Assembly: GCA_965203515.1 (NCBI GenBank)
Contig: OZ241907.1
Location: 1,312,001 to 1,376,000 of the forward strand
Source of the DNA: Spirochaetia bacterium
GTDB taxonomy: Bacteria > Spirochaetota > Spirochaetia > SZUA-6 > Bin103
Direction: 5' to 3'
DNA: 64,000 nucleotides
Shown here: one piece after another, positions 8,262-18,949 of the stretch
How the letters are laid out: each line of letters starts with the position of its first letter
How positions within the stretch are numbered: position 1 is the stretch's first letter
The notes under the pieces: generated by a model
What the model saw: the letters and a program-made list of their open reading frames with translations, nothing else
What the model was told of the DNA's origin: nothing
Databases searched by the model: none
Translations under genes and position numbers: made by a program

Positions 8262-11000
8262 ATGACCGCCGTCGATCTGCGCTGCGGCGGCGCGGTCGAT
8301 CCGATCGGCATCGACGCGCCGGCGCCGCGGCTCACCTGGTGCTGGCGGTCGGCGACCCGCGGAGCCCGCCAGGCCGCCTGGCAGGTGCTGGCGGCCGGCG
8401 CGCCGCACCGGCTGATGCCGGGCAGGGCCGATCGCTGGGACTCCGGCCGCGTCGACGGCGACCGCTCCGCAGTGAACTACGGAGGCGCGCCGCTGGCCGC
8501 CGGCGCCCGCTGCTTCTGGGCCGTGCGCGGCTGGGACGAACGGGGCGCGGCGACCGCCTTCAGCGCCCCGGCCAGCTTCGAGATGGGGCTCCTGGCGCGC
8601 GGCGACTGGCGCGGCCGATGGATCGCCGGGCCGGCGGGGGTCTCTTCGCCGCTGCTCCGCCGCGAGCTGACGGTGCCGGCGCCGGTGCGGCAGGCGCGGT
8701 GCTACGTCGCCGGGCTCGGCTACTACGAGCTCTACTGCAACGGCGCCAAGGTCGGCGACCACGTGCTCGATCCGGCCACCACCTGCTACCACGACGATCA
8801 GCCGTTCCCGCTCGGGTCGCGGGTCCTGTACGTGACCTACGACCTGACCGACCGGCTCCGCCCCGGCGCCAACGCGCTGGGCGTGATGCTGGGCCACGGC
8901 TGGTACTCGGCCGAGTCGGACGTGCCGCCGTCGCCGATCCATCGCGAGCCGTACGGCGACCGCCCCTGCCTGTTGCTGCAGTTGACCGTGGAGCTGACCG
9001 ACGGCCGCCGCCTGTCGGTCGCCAGCGACCGGACGTGGCGCGCCGCGCCCGGCCCGATCGTCTACAACGACTACAACCACGGCGAGACCTACGACGCCCG
9101 CGCGGAACGGCCCGGCTGGGACGACGTCCGCTTCGATGACGCGGACTGGGCGCACGCCGCGCAGATCGACGGCCCCGGCGGCCGGCTGGTCGCCCAGCCG
9201 CTGCCGCCGATCAGGGTGGTGGGCACCCGCAGGCCGCGGCGGCGGTTCGCGCCCCGCCCCGGCGTGTTCGTGTTCGACCTGGGTCAGAACTGCTGCGGTT
9301 GGGCCCGGCTGCGGGCGCGCGGCCGGCGCGGCACGGAGATCACGCTGGCGCACGCCGCGCGCGTCCACGGCGACGGCAGCCTGGACGCGCGCAGCAACCT
9401 GCACGACGCGGCGGGCGTCCACTGCGCCCGCCAGACCGACCGCTACGTGCTGCGCGGCGACGCCGGCGGGCGCGGCTGGGAGGAGTGGGAACCCCGCTTC
9501 ACGCTGCACGGCTCGCGCTTCGTGGAGGTCACGGGGTACCCGGGCACCCCCGCGCTCGACGCGATCGACGGCCGCGTGGTGCGCACCGCGGCCCGCGCAA
9601 CCGGCCGCTTCACCTGCGCCGACGATCTGCTCAACCGCATCCACGCGATGTGTTGGTGGACCTTTGCCAGCAGCATGCAGGGCTACCCGCAGGACGCCGC
9701 CGACCGCGCCGAGCGGGTCGGCTGGCTGGGCGACCCGATCCCGGAGGACTACCTGTACAACTTCGACTGCGCCTCCTTCTGGGCCAAGTGGGCGGACGAC
9801 ATCGCCGACGCGCAGAAGGAGAACGGCCACGTCCCCACGATCAGCCCCGTGCACTGGCGCCGCACGCACGACGCCTACGCCTACCCCGCGCCCTACTGGT
9901 CGAGCAGCTACGCGGTGGTGGTATGGACGCTCTACTGGTTCCTGGACGACGAAGCGCTGCTGGCCCGCCACTACGACGGGCTGAGGCGGCTGGTCGCCTA
10001 CCTGGGCGGCCTGGCGGAGGACCACGTGATCGAGCGGGGGCTGGGCGACCACATGGAGCCGCAGCCGGACGGCAGCACCTCGGCGGCGCCCCGGCATACG
10101 CCCCCGGCGCTCACCTCGACCGCGATCTACTACTGGGACGTGCGCACGCTGGCGCGGATCGCCGCGATCCTCGATGCCGGCGAGGACGCCGCGCGCTACC
10201 GCGAGCTGGCCGAGCGGATCGGCGCGGCGTTCAATCGCCGCTTTCTGAACGCAAAGACCGGCGCCTGTGCATCGGGCAGCCAGACCGCCAACGCCGTGGC
10301 GCTGCAGATGGGGCTGGTCCCCCCGGAGGCGGTCGAGCGGGTGCTGGCCAACCTCGTGCGCGACGTCACCGCGCGCGGCGGCCATCTGTCGACCGGCATG
10401 ATCGGCACCAACGCGCTGGTAGAGGCGCTGCCCCGCTACGGCCGCGCCGACCTGATGTACCGCATCGCCGGCCAGATCACCTTCCCGAGCTGGGGATACA
10501 TGCTGGAGCGGGACGCCACCACGCTGTGGGAGTCGTGGTCCGACGACCGCGACCAGCAGCTCAGCCTCAACATGAAGCTGCTCGGCAGCGTCGACAAGTT
10601 CTTCTACCGCGACGTCGCCGGCATCCGCCCGCTCGCGCCGGGGTTTCGCCGCATCGCCGTGGCGCCCCAGGTGACCGACGCACTGGCGAGCGCCGCCGCC
10701 GAGATCGAGACCGTGCGCGGGCCGGCGGCGGTCTCCTGGCGACAGGACCGCGGCCGGCTGCGCCTGAGCGCGACGATCCCGGCGAACGCGGCGGCGCAGG
10801 TGCGGCTGCCCGCGGCCGGCCGGCCGTCGTCGGTCCGGGTCACCGAGGGCGGCCGGCCGATCTGGCAGCGCGGCGCGTTCGTCCCCGGCGCCCCGGGCGT
10901 GAACGCCGCGTGGGCGGAGGACGGCTGCGTGGTGGTCGAGGTGGGCACCGGCCGCTACGACCTGACCCGCTCCGCGACCACGAGTGGCGCGTACCGCTGA
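8262..11000 (+). CDS. Alpha-L-rhamnosidase (GH78)
   Basis: WDSG, GETYDAR, FDLGQN, D...RAERVGWLGD, ATTLWESW motifs. Confidence 0.92.
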   Translation: MTAVDLRCGGAVDPIGIDAPAPRLTWCWRSATRGARQAAWQVLAAGAPHRLMPGRADRWDSGRVDGDRSAVNYGGAPLAAGARCFWAVRGWDERGAATAFSAPASFEMGLLARGDWRGRWIAGPAGVSSPLLRRELTVPAPVRQARCYVAGLGYYELYCNGAKVGDHVLDPATTCYHDDQPFPLGSRVLYVTYDLTDRLRPGANALGVMLGHGWYSAESDVPPSPIHREPYGDRPCLLLQLTVELTDGRRLSVASDRTWRAAPGPIVYNDYNHGETYDARAERPGWDDVRFDDADWAHAAQIDGPGGRLVAQPLPPIRVVGTRRPRRRFAPRPGVFVFDLGQNCCGWARLRARGRRGTEITLAHAARVHGDGSLDARSNLHDAAGVHCARQTDRYVLRGDAGGRGWEEWEPRFTLHGSRFVEVTGYPGTPALDAIDGRVVRTAARATGRFTCADDLLNRIHAMCWWTFASSMQGYPQDAADRAERVGWLGDPIPEDYLYNFDCASFWAKWADDIADAQKENGHVPTISPVHWRRTHDAYAYPAPYWSSSYAVVVWTLYWFLDDEALLARHYDGLRRLVAYLGGLAEDHVIERGLGDHMEPQPDGSTSAAPRHTPPALTSTAIYYWDVRTLARIAAILDAGEDAARYRELAERIGAAFNRRFLNAKTGACASGSQTANAVALQMGLVPPEAVERVLANLVRDVTARGGHLSTGMIGTNALVEALPRYGRADLMYRIAGQITFPSWGYMLERDATTLWESWSDDRDQQLSLNMKLLGSVDKFFYRDVAGIRPLAPGFRRIAVAPQVTDALASAAAEIETVRGPAAVSWRQDRGRLRLSATIPANAAAQVRLPAAGRPSSVRVTEGGRPIWQRGAFVPGAPGVNAAWAEDGCVVVEVGTGRYDLTRSATTSGAYR

Positions 11001-11066
11001 CGCTTATCCGAGGAGCTTGGCAAAGGCGGCGCCGGGAGGGTAGCTTGCGCGCAACGGAGGCGCGCG

Positions 11067-11966
11067 ATGTACACGGTCCCGTTCGATCGGCCGATCTTCA
11101 CGCCGGAGATGTGGGCGTTCTGGAATGAGAACGGCTACGTCATGGTCCCCAACGCCGTGCCTCAGGAGTATCTCGATGCGGCCGTCGCCGCCATCTGGGA
11201 GTTCCTGGAGATGGACCCGGACGACCCCGACACGTGGTACGGGTACCGCCCGCGCGGCGGTGACTTCTGGCGGTCGCCGATCTCCGCCGTGGGCATCGTG
11301 GAGTTCTACCACCATCAGGCGCTGTGGGACATTCGCCAGCACCCGCGCATCTACCAGATCTTCGCCGAGCTGCTCGACGAGCGGCGGCTCTGGGTCACCT
11401 ACGACCGCGTCAATCTGTTGCCGCCGGCCCGCGCCGACCTGCCGCAGTGGTCGGCGCAGGGCGGGCTCCACTGGGACTGCGAAACGACGCTCGATCCGGT
11501 CCCGTTCCGGGTGCAGGGCGTGCTCTACCTCACCGATACCGGCGCCGACCAGGGCGGCTTCCGCTGCATCCCCGGGTTCCACAACGTCTTCCCGGAATGG
11601 CGCAAGACGCAGCCGGCCGACCGCAATCCGCATAGCTGCGAAGGGATCGATCAGGAGCGCTATCCGGCGCGGACGATTCCCGGCAAGGCCGGCGACCTGC
11701 TGATCTGGACCGGCCTGCTGCCGCACGGCAACGGCGGCAACACCGCCGACCGGCCGCGCATGGCGCAATACGTCACCATGGACACCAGCCCGCCGGACGA
11801 GCAGGAGCTGCGGACGCGCGTCAACGCCTGGCAGGAGCGGGTACCGATCGCCAACCCGCAGGGCGACCCGCGCGGCCGCGAGAAGCGGCAACCGGTGGCG
11901 GAGCTGACCGAGCTGGGGCGGCGCCTGATCGGCTTCACGCCCTGGGATGAGGAGCCGGCCGGGTAG
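11067..11966 (+). CDS. Phytanoyl-CoA dioxygenase family (Fe/2OG) protein
   Basis: ENGYV, LHWD (HxD), GGFRCIPG.H, GDLLIW...LPHG. Confidence 0.9.
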   Translation: MYTVPFDRPIFTPEMWAFWNENGYVMVPNAVPQEYLDAAVAAIWEFLEMDPDDPDTWYGYRPRGGDFWRSPISAVGIVEFYHHQALWDIRQHPRIYQIFAELLDERRLWVTYDRVNLLPPARADLPQWSAQGGLHWDCETTLDPVPFRVQGVLYLTDTGADQGGFRCIPGFHNVFPEWRKTQPADRNPHSCEGIDQERYPARTIPGKAGDLLIWTGLLPHGNGGNTADRPRMAQYVTMDTSPPDEQELRTRVNAWQERVPIANPQGDPRGREKRQPVAELTELGRRLIGFTPWDEEPAG

Positions 11967-13038
11967 GCGCCGCCTCGCCGTCGGGGAGCTCGACCACGTA
12001 GACTTGGCTGACCCCGGTGCGGTCGGACGTGTAGACGACCCGCGTGCCGTCCGGATGGAACGAGGGATGCGGGTGGCTCTCCTGCGGCCCGTAGGTCGAC
12101 TCATCGACCGCGTCGTCGTCGGCCGGCGCCGTGAACGCCCACTGACTGCCGCCGTTGGAGCTGCGCGGGTAGCAGAGCGGCCGGTGCCGGCCGGTGGCCG
12201 GATCGATCAGCCGCAGGCCGATGTCCGGGCAGGTGGTGTCGCAGACGATCAGCGAGCCGTCGGCATTGGAGGACGGATGCCAGGCGTTGAAGTCCGCCAC
12301 CACGCGCGCCTGGTCGTCCCGCACGCCGATCGCCATCAGCGCGAACGGCCAGCGCGCGAAGATCACCTGGTCGGTCGGCCCCAGAAACGACTCGTGGGTG
12401 ATCCACTCGCGCTTGTCATGGCGGTGCAGCGGGCCCAGCTCGCCCCGGCCGACCGCCGCCAGCCACATCCGCTGATTGACGTCGCTGGTATAGAGGATCA
12501 GGTCCCGATCGGTCGGGCAGACCATCACGTGTCCCACGTCGCGTGGCGGCTCGCACACCACGGTGTAGCCCGATCCGCCGGTGTCGATCGCCGCCACCGC
12601 ATGCCGGCCGTCCCGCGCCAGTCCGGTGACCAGGCGTCCGCCGTCGGCCGACAGGCTGCACATGCCGACCCGGCCGCCGGGAAAGCGCGCCAGCACCGAT
12701 TCCTCCAGCGTCTCCAGGTCGACGGACCGGACCTCGTCGGTCACGTGGTAGAAGACGCGGCCGCCGTCCCGCGACGGACATGCCGCGAAGCCGTCGAAGC
12801 CGTGCGCGTCGGTAAGCTGCACCATCCGGCCGGCCGCCTCGTCCAGCTTGAACAGGTTGGGCCGCCCGGAGCGGTGCGAGGTGAGGATCAGCGCGCCGCC
12901 GTCGGGGGTCCATGACGGGTTGGAGAAGTAGAGGCTGTGGTTGATCGCCGGGCCGTCGGTCATCTGCCGGATCGCCGCGCCGGTCCGCTCGTCGCGCGTC
13001 TCCGTGATCTCCACCGGCCACGTGGTTCCCTTGCTCAT
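11935..13038 (-). CDS. Oligogalacturonate lyase (PL22)-like beta-propeller protein
   Basis: DERTGAAIRQMT, HSLYF..PSWTPDG, THE, SHPHPSFHPDG..VVYTSDRTG. Confidence 0.85.
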   Translation of the reverse strand: MSKGTTWPVEITETRDERTGAAIRQMTDGPAINHSLYFSNPSWTPDGGALILTSHRSGRPNLFKLDEAAGRMVQLTDAHGFDGFAACPSRDGGRVFYHVTDEVRSVDLETLEESVLARFPGGRVGMCSLSADGGRLVTGLARDGRHAVAAIDTGGSGYTVVCEPPRDVGHVMVCPTDRDLILYTSDVNQRMWLAAVGRGELGPLHRHDKREWITHESFLGPTDQVIFARWPFALMAIGVRDDQARVVADFNAWHPSSNADGSLIVCDTTCPDIGLRLIDPATGRHRPLCYPRSSNGGSQWAFTAPADDDAVDESTYGPQESHPHPSFHPDGTRVVYTSDRTGVSQVYVVELPDGEAAPTRPAPHPRA

Positions 13039-13925
13039 ACCGATTCCTCCTCCGCGTCCATGTTGCAGAATAGTTCGTAGCGTTCCGCCACCGCTCCGTC
13101 CTGCGCGCCGCCGCGGTGGACGTAGACCCCGAACCGAAAGGTGGCGACCGGCGGGCCGCCGTTCGCGCCCGGATGGCGGTGGGAGAGCAGGATCGGCCCG
13201 TACCCGGATGCGCTGGCCGCGCCGGGATACCCGACGTTGCCGGGGTGGTCGAAGAGCGCCAGCCCCTGCGGGCCGTCCGGGCCGACGCCCGAATAGTCGA
13301 TCCAGCGCTCGCCGGCGAACCGTTCGCCGCGGCTCGACCGGCCGCCGGCGCTGCTCATCACGCCGCCGCCGTCGATGAGCGGCCACCGGCCGTCGGCGTC
13401 GCGGCGGTCGCCGTCGCGGGCGCGCAGCGCGTCGCAGACCCGCGCGGTGAGCGCGAACGGCCCGCCTCCCGGTTCGGCGGGCACCGGCGCCGTGCTGCGC
13501 CAGTCGATGAAGCACTCGCCGCCCGCCAGCGCGTGGACCCGCAGGTCGCGCCGCTCGGTGAGGATCGCGCCGCCGCGGCCATCGACGTACAGCAGCCGCT
13601 GCACGACGCGCGCGCAACGGTCGCCGCCGACCAGCAGGTCGAAGCCCTGGTGGAGCATCTTCCCGCACGGGCCGTACGGCGGCTCGTCCCAATCGGAGAA
13701 GATGTTGGTCGGTCCGTCCTCTTCGTCGTGGCCGCCGTACGCCAGAAACAGACCGCACTGGTGGGGATGGTCGCGGCCCGCGCCGCGCAGCACGTTGCCG
13801 CCCGGCCCCAGCAGCGGCCAGACGTAGGGCTTCCAGCAGCCGACGTGGTTGTAGCGGGCGATCTGCCGCCCGCCGGCGGCGATCGATACGAACGCCGGGT
13901 ACTCCGTGACGGTGAGCGCTGCCAT
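13035..13925 (-). CDS. DUF6807 ('PmoA family') protein
   Basis: KPYVWPL.GP.G, DHPHQCGLF, WIDYSG, GLALFDHPGN. Confidence 0.75.
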   Translation of the reverse strand: MAALTVTEYPAFVSIAAGGRQIARYNHVGCWKPYVWPLLGPGGNVLRGAGRDHPHQCGLFLAYGGHDEEDGPTNIFSDWDEPPYGPCGKMLHQGFDLLVGGDRCARVVQRLLYVDGRGGAILTERRDLRVHALAGGECFIDWRSTAPVPAEPGGGPFALTARVCDALRARDGDRRDADGRWPLIDGGGVMSSAGGRSSRGERFAGERWIDYSGVGPDGPQGLALFDHPGNVGYPGAASASGYGPILLSHRHPGANGGPPVATFRFGVYVHRGGAQDGAVAERYELFCNMDAEEESV

Positions 13926-13932
13926 CGGCCCG

Positions 13933-15135
13933 CTACAGCTCCGGGAAGAAGACGTCGACGGCCCGCTCCAGGTCGAACGGGTCGCAGCCGTGGTCGAGCC
14001 GGAACTGCTCGTGAAGCCGTTCTTCGTACTCGGTCGCCGAACGCAGCGGCAGCTCCACCGCCGCCCGGCCGGGGAGGCCCGCATCGGCGGCGGCCATCGA
14101 GATCTCGATGTCGGCGCGGGCGCGGCGGCCGTCGTACCGCGTGGGCCGGCCCTCGACCACCGCCTGCCACAGGCTGTCCATCTCCTCGACGATCGCCAGC
14201 CCGCCGGCGGTGGTCCGGTACTGCGGCCACGGGTTCTCCCACACCACCGGCGGATCGGTGTCGATCCGCAGGCGCTCCACCACGGCCGTGCCGCCGGCGT
14301 CGCGGGTCACCGTGCGGATCGGATGGACGGTCGCCTTGCCGGCGCCGCGCAGGCGCTGTTCCTCCGTGGTCAGATGGACGTCGTCCTCGACGATCGAGCC
14401 GGTGGCGCCGTCGATCTGGAACAGGGTCCTGGCCTTCCGGCCGAGCGCCTGCGCGTGATAGAGGTTCGAGTACGAGGTGACGGCGACCGCCCCGCCGGCG
14501 AACTCGATCGTCTGCAGGTTCCACTCCTCCGTGGTGAACCGGCGGACGGGGTTGACGTTCACGCGCGGGACGGCGCTGCGCATGGCGACGCTGCCGACGC
14601 GGGTGGCGGCCGCGCCGCCCAGGAACATGCGCAGGCTGCTGACGATGTGGCAGCCGTCGGTCTGAAAGAGCGCGAAGACGCGCAGCACCTCGCCGATCAG
14701 CCCCTGCTCGACGATCTGCCGCTTCATCAGGTGCAGCGGGTCGCGGCAGTACTGCTCGGCCACCTCCAGCTTCACGCCGTTGCGCTCGACCGCTTCGATC
14801 AGCACGTCGCAGAGCGGCAGCGTCGCCGCCATCGGCGTCTCCACGATGATGTTGATGCCCCGCTCGGCAAGGTAGGCGCCGATGGCGTGGTGGGAGTCGC
14901 CCGGCGTCGAGATCGCCGCCGCGTCGAGCCGCTCGCCGGCCACCAGGTCCTGCACGCGCGTGTAGGCCGGCACGCCGCATTCGGCCGCCACGCGGCCGGC
15001 CGCGCGCTCGTCCAGGTCGCAGACCGCCGCCAGCTCGAACCGGTCGGACATCATGCGGATCGCCGGCAGGCGCACGTTCCGGCCGCGCTTGCCGGCGCCG
15101 ATGAGGGCGATTCTGATACGTTCGTTCGTTGCCAT
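13933..15135 (-). CDS. Gfo/Idh/MocA oxidoreductase
   Basis: IRIALIGAG, AVCD, IIVETPMA. Confidence 0.88.
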   Translation of the reverse strand: MATNERIRIALIGAGKRGRNVRLPAIRMMSDRFELAAVCDLDERAAGRVAAECGVPAYTRVQDLVAGERLDAAAISTPGDSHHAIGAYLAERGINIIVETPMAATLPLCDVLIEAVERNGVKLEVAEQYCRDPLHLMKRQIVEQGLIGEVLRVFALFQTDGCHIVSSLRMFLGGAAATRVGSVAMRSAVPRVNVNPVRRFTTEEWNLQTIEFAGGAVAVTSYSNLYHAQALGRKARTLFQIDGATGSIVEDDVHLTTEEQRLRGAGKATVHPIRTVTRDAGGTAVVERLRIDTDPPVVWENPWPQYRTTAGGLAIVEEMDSLWQAVVEGRPTRYDGRRARADIEISMAAADAGLPGRAAVELPLRSATEYEERLHEQFRLDHGCDPFDLERAVDVFFPEL

Positions 15136-15238
15136 CTCTTCTTTCGGAACGAACCACAAGGGAGGACGACGCCTCCCCTGCGGTTCGAGATCAGGGACCC
15201 GCATCGGGTCCGGTTTCACGAGAGCGGCGTGTGGCCGC

Positions 15239-16897
15239 TCAGCCTCCGACCATCGCCAGGAAGTCGTCCAGGGCGGCCTGCTGTATCTCGACGTACCGGT
15301 CGGCGCCGAGCGCCTCGTAGCCGGCTACGTACTCGTCCCACTGATCGAACGACGCGTCGCCGATGATGAACTTGGTGCTCCATTCGTCCTTGTAGAGATT
15401 CAGCTCCACCGCCAGGTTGGCGGCATCCTCGCTGGCGTCCGTGTCGCGGATGTTGAACAACGGCAGCTCCACGACGTGCGGCCAGTTCTTGGCGACCGCC
15501 TCCTCCGTTTCCCACCACGAAGGAGAGATCGCCTTCCAGACGTCGTCGTAGTCCTGCAGGACCTTGGTCGGCAGATAGTTGGGCTTGCCCTGATCGACTT
15601 CGGTCCAGACCCGGGCGATCTGTTCGTCGAGGACCTTGAAGTACCGGCCGCCTTCGCGCCACCAGGTGCCCGGCGACAAGGGAACTTCCTGGCCCGCTTC
15701 CAGCGCCTCGCTGCCATCCGCCACCGCCTGCCTGCAGGCCGCGGCGTCCGGGCACTCCAGGCCGAAGGTGCGGACGGCGACCCCCTCCAGGGAGAACCAG
15801 AAGTCCAGGAACTTCATGGCGGCCGGAACCACGTCGGAATCGGCCGCGATCGAATAGGACTGCTGCTTGACCAGCAGCGGCACCGTCTTGTACCAGATCC
15901 GTTCGCCGGCGGCGTTCTTGGGTGTGGTGAATCCCTCCACGGCGATCTCCACGCCGCCTTCGGCCGCGTTGATGCGCGCGTACGAGCTGCGCGAGAAGCA
16001 GTCGGCCCAGCTGAAGTCATGGCCGGCGATCACGTCGGGCCACCAGCTCGAATGATCGCGGGTGAAGATGTCGACGTTGGTCAGACCCTCGGCATAGATC
16101 CGGTGCGCGAACGTCAGCAGCGCGCGGTACTCGTCGGTCGTCGGCAGGAACTCGAACTCGACGAAGTCGTCCGGGTCATCATAGGTGACCAGCTCGCGCA
16201 GGCTGCCGGTCTTGGTGGTCAGTCCGAACGCCGACGTGAACGCCTGCATGAGCGTTCGATAATTCGACCGTCCGCTCAGGGCGACGCCGGGGCCATCGTT
16301 CTGCGCCTGGAACGCGCGCCATGCCTCCATCCAGCCATCGGGCGTATCCGGCTCCTCGAGACCCAGTTCCGCCATGACGTCGGTCCGGTAGTTGAGCGAC
16401 TGGCCGCAGCCGGGCGCCCCTCCCTGGAAGTGCATGCCGATGGCGGCGTACAGGTCGCCTTGGGCATCGCGGTAGGCGGCGGTGATCGACTTGTCGAGCA
16501 GCTCGGTCATGTTCGGGCCGTACTCCTCGATGAGCGGATCCATCTTCAGAAACGCCCCTTCCGCGCCGTAGATGTTGGCCAATGACGGCTCGAAGATGTT
16601 GACGACGTCCGGCAGGTCGCCGCTCGCCATCATCGTCGCGATGCGCTCGTCGCGCACGTCCTGCGGGGCCGGGAGCCAGTCGATCTCGATACCCAGCATC
16701 TCGTTGACCGCCTGCGTCCAGTTGTCGTCGTTGGAAAACAGGTCGTCCGGATGTTGCACGACGAACACGGAGACCGGCACGGGGCCTGCGGTCATTCCCC
16801 CCTCTTCCTGGCCGGCCGCCCACGCGCCGAACGGTACGGCAAGCATGGTCAGCGCGGCGACGAATATTCGGCTCGCTCTGGTTCTGGTTGTTCGCAT
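15239..16897 (-). CDS. Carbohydrate ABC transporter solute-binding protein
   Basis: Signal peptide ..WAAGQEE, MMASGDLPDV, KFIIG...FDQWDEYV; AAGGAG RBS. Confidence 0.9.
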   Translation of the reverse strand: MRTTRTRASRIFVAALTMLAVPFGAWAAGQEEGGMTAGPVPVSVFVVQHPDDLFSNDDNWTQAVNEMLGIEIDWLPAPQDVRDERIATMMASGDLPDVVNIFEPSLANIYGAEGAFLKMDPLIEEYGPNMTELLDKSITAAYRDAQGDLYAAIGMHFQGGAPGCGQSLNYRTDVMAELGLEEPDTPDGWMEAWRAFQAQNDGPGVALSGRSNYRTLMQAFTSAFGLTTKTGSLRELVTYDDPDDFVEFEFLPTTDEYRALLTFAHRIYAEGLTNVDIFTRDHSSWWPDVIAGHDFSWADCFSRSSYARINAAEGGVEIAVEGFTTPKNAAGERIWYKTVPLLVKQQSYSIAADSDVVPAAMKFLDFWFSLEGVAVRTFGLECPDAAACRQAVADGSEALEAGQEVPLSPGTWWREGGRYFKVLDEQIARVWTEVDQGKPNYLPTKVLQDYDDVWKAISPSWWETEEAVAKNWPHVVELPLFNIRDTDASEDAANLAVELNLYKDEWSTKFIIGDASFDQWDEYVAGYEALGADRYVEIQQAALDDFLAMVGG

Positions 16898-17017
16898 AAT
16901 CTCTCCTTGCAGGATCGCGTTCCTGCAGAGTTCAGGAATCGCTGTCGATCGGTCGTCACGGAACGTCACGTTCGCATAGGCAGCTCCTTCTCCCCGGCTC
17001 TCCTGCGCGTTGCGGCC

Positions 17018-17950
17018 TCATCCCTTGATCGCCCCGATCATGGCCCCCTTGACGAAGTACCGCTGGATGAACGGGTACACGATCAGGATCGGCAGTGTCG
17101 AGATCACGATCACGGCGGCCTTCAGCGACTCCGTCCTGAGGCGTTCGCGCAGGCGGCGCAGATCGTCCGCCGTCTCCATCATCGCCGCCTGCGTCTCTGC
17201 CATCTCCTGGAGCTGGGTCGTGGCGATCAGGTTGCGCAGCACCACCTGCAAGGGGTACTTCTTGACGTCGGAAAGATACATGACCGGTCCGAAGTAGTGG
17301 TTCCACTGCGTGATCGCGGCCCAGAGCGCCACGGTGGCGATGATCGCCTTCGACAGCGGCACCACCACGCCGGCGAAGATCTGCAGGTCGTTGGCGCCGT
17401 CGATGACCGCCGACTCGATCAGCTCCTCGGCGATCTGCTCCATCGACGTGCGCAGCATGATCAGATAGAAGAAGCTCACCATCCCCGGCAGCATGAACGC
17501 CCACATCGTGTCGAGCAGACCGAGCCGCTGCACGACCACGTAGGTCGGGATGATGCCGCCGCTGAAGAACCAGGGGAGCAGAAACAGTATCAGCAATGCC
17601 CGGCGCGCCTTGAACCGGCGCCGTGACAGCGCGTACGCGGCGCCGGCGGTGACGGCCAACAGCAACGCCGTGTAGACCGACGTGTAGACGATCGAGTTCC
17701 GGAACCCGCGCACGACCTCGCCGTATTCGATGACCGCCTTGTAGGTGGCCAGCGTAACCGATCGCGGATAGAGGAAGACCGGGTTGCGGAGTATCTCCTG
17801 CGGGTCGCTCATCGAGCTGAACGCGACCATCAGGAACGGATACAGGGTGACGTAGACCACCACCAGCAGGCCGGCGCCGAGCGCCACGTCGAAGACGCCG
17901 ATCCGCCGCGGCCGGCCGGCGGACGATGCGCGGAGCGCCGCGTCACCCAT
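17018..17950 (-). CDS. Carbohydrate ABC permease
   Basis: FSGGIIP, ELIESAVIDGA, YPFIQRYFVKG. Confidence 0.92.
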   Translation of the reverse strand: MGDAALRASSAGRPRRIGVFDVALGAGLLVVVYVTLYPFLMVAFSSMSDPQEILRNPVFLYPRSVTLATYKAVIEYGEVVRGFRNSIVYTSVYTALLLAVTAGAAYALSRRRFKARRALLILFLLPWFFSGGIIPTYVVVQRLGLLDTMWAFMLPGMVSFFYLIMLRTSMEQIAEELIESAVIDGANDLQIFAGVVVPLSKAIIATVALWAAITQWNHYFGPVMYLSDVKKYPLQVVLRNLIATTQLQEMAETQAAMMETADDLRRLRERLRTESLKAAVIVISTLPILIVYPFIQRYFVKGAMIGAIKG

Positions 17951-17965
17951 GCCCGCCTCCCGCCA

Positions 17966-18949
17966 TCAGAAGATCCGCTTGCCGAAGAACCGCCCGGACG
18001 CCGCGTTGGCGCCGAGCAGCAGCAGCACGTTGACGGCCGTCTGCCAGAAGCCGACCGCGGCGCCGTAGCTGTATTGGGGAATGCCGCCGTCGATCGCCAG
18101 GCCGCGCCGATAGGTATAGGTCTCGATCGTCATCGACACTTCGTAGGTGAGCGGATTCTGCAGCAACAACACCTTTTCGGTGCTGGTGCCGTTCATCAGG
18201 GAACCGACGTTGAAGATCAGCAGCACCGCGATCGCCGGCATCAGCGACGGCAGGGTGACGTGCCGCATGCAGCCGAACCGGCCGGCCCCGTCGATCGTCG
18301 CCGCCTCGTACAGCTCGGGATTGATGCCGGCGATCGTGGCGATGTAGAAGACCGCCACGAAGCCGGTCGTCTGCCAGATGTGCGTGGTGACGTAGATCGG
18401 CCGGAACCAGCCCGGGTCGATCATGAAGTACTCCGGCTCCGCGCCGAACAGCAGCGCGCGGAGCGCGTTCACCGCGCCGTTTTCATCCGGCGTCAACAGC
18501 AGCATCACCATGCCTACCACGATCGCGTTGGACAGAAAATACGGCAGCATGCTCACGGTCTGCACCAGCTTCCGGCAGGACCGGTTGAGCACTTCGTTGA
18601 GGACCAGGGCGAACAGGATCGGAACCGGGAAGCTCCACAGCAGTTGATAGAGGCTCAGGAGCACGGAGTTGCGTATCACCCTGACCGCCGACGGAGCGGA
18701 GAAGAAGTCGATGAAGTGCTCCAGGCCGACCCAGCGGCTCCGGAAGAAACCGCGGACGGGCGAGTAGTCCTGGAACGCCATGACCACGCCGATCATCGGC
18801 AGGTAGTTGAACAGGACGACCACCACCACCGCCGGCGCCACCAGCAGATAGAGGTAGCGGTCCGCCTTCAGGTCGCTGAGGAAGGTGCCCGTCGGGCGCG
18901 CCGCAATGCCGTCCGCACGGACGGAAGACGCGGCAGGAGACTCTTGCAT
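17966..18949 (-). CDS. Carbohydrate ABC permease (LplB-like)
   Basis: WVGLEHF, LYEAATIDGA. Confidence 0.92.
   Translation of the reverse strand: MQESPAASSVRADGIAARPTGTFLSDLKADRYLYLLVAPAVVVVVLFNYLPMIGVVMAFQDYSPVRGFFRSRWVGLEHFIDFFSAPSAVRVIRNSVLLSLYQLLWSFPVPILFALVLNEVLNRSCRKLVQTVSMLPYFLSNAIVVGMVMLLLTPDENGAVNALRALLFGAEPEYFMIDPGWFRPIYVTTHIWQTTGFVAVFYIATIAGINPELYEAATIDGAGRFGCMRHVTLPSLMPAIAVLLIFNVGSLMNGTSTEKVLLLQNPLTYEVSMTIETYTYRRGLAIDGGIPQYSYGAAVGFWQTAVNVLLLLGANAASGRFFGKRIF

Noticed and set aside
7689..10385. 898-aa antisense ORF and many similar Arg/Ala/Pro-rich ORFs
   Set aside because: High-GC shadow ORFs opposite well-supported genes
13035..13925. Methane monooxygenase PmoA
   Set aside because: Soluble DUF6807-type protein; the family name is a misnomer and there are no pmoB/C genes
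15140..15240. Cluster of short hairpins as a riboswitch or ncRNA
   Set aside because: No recognisable aptamer motif; more likely mRNA-stabilising stems after the SBP gene
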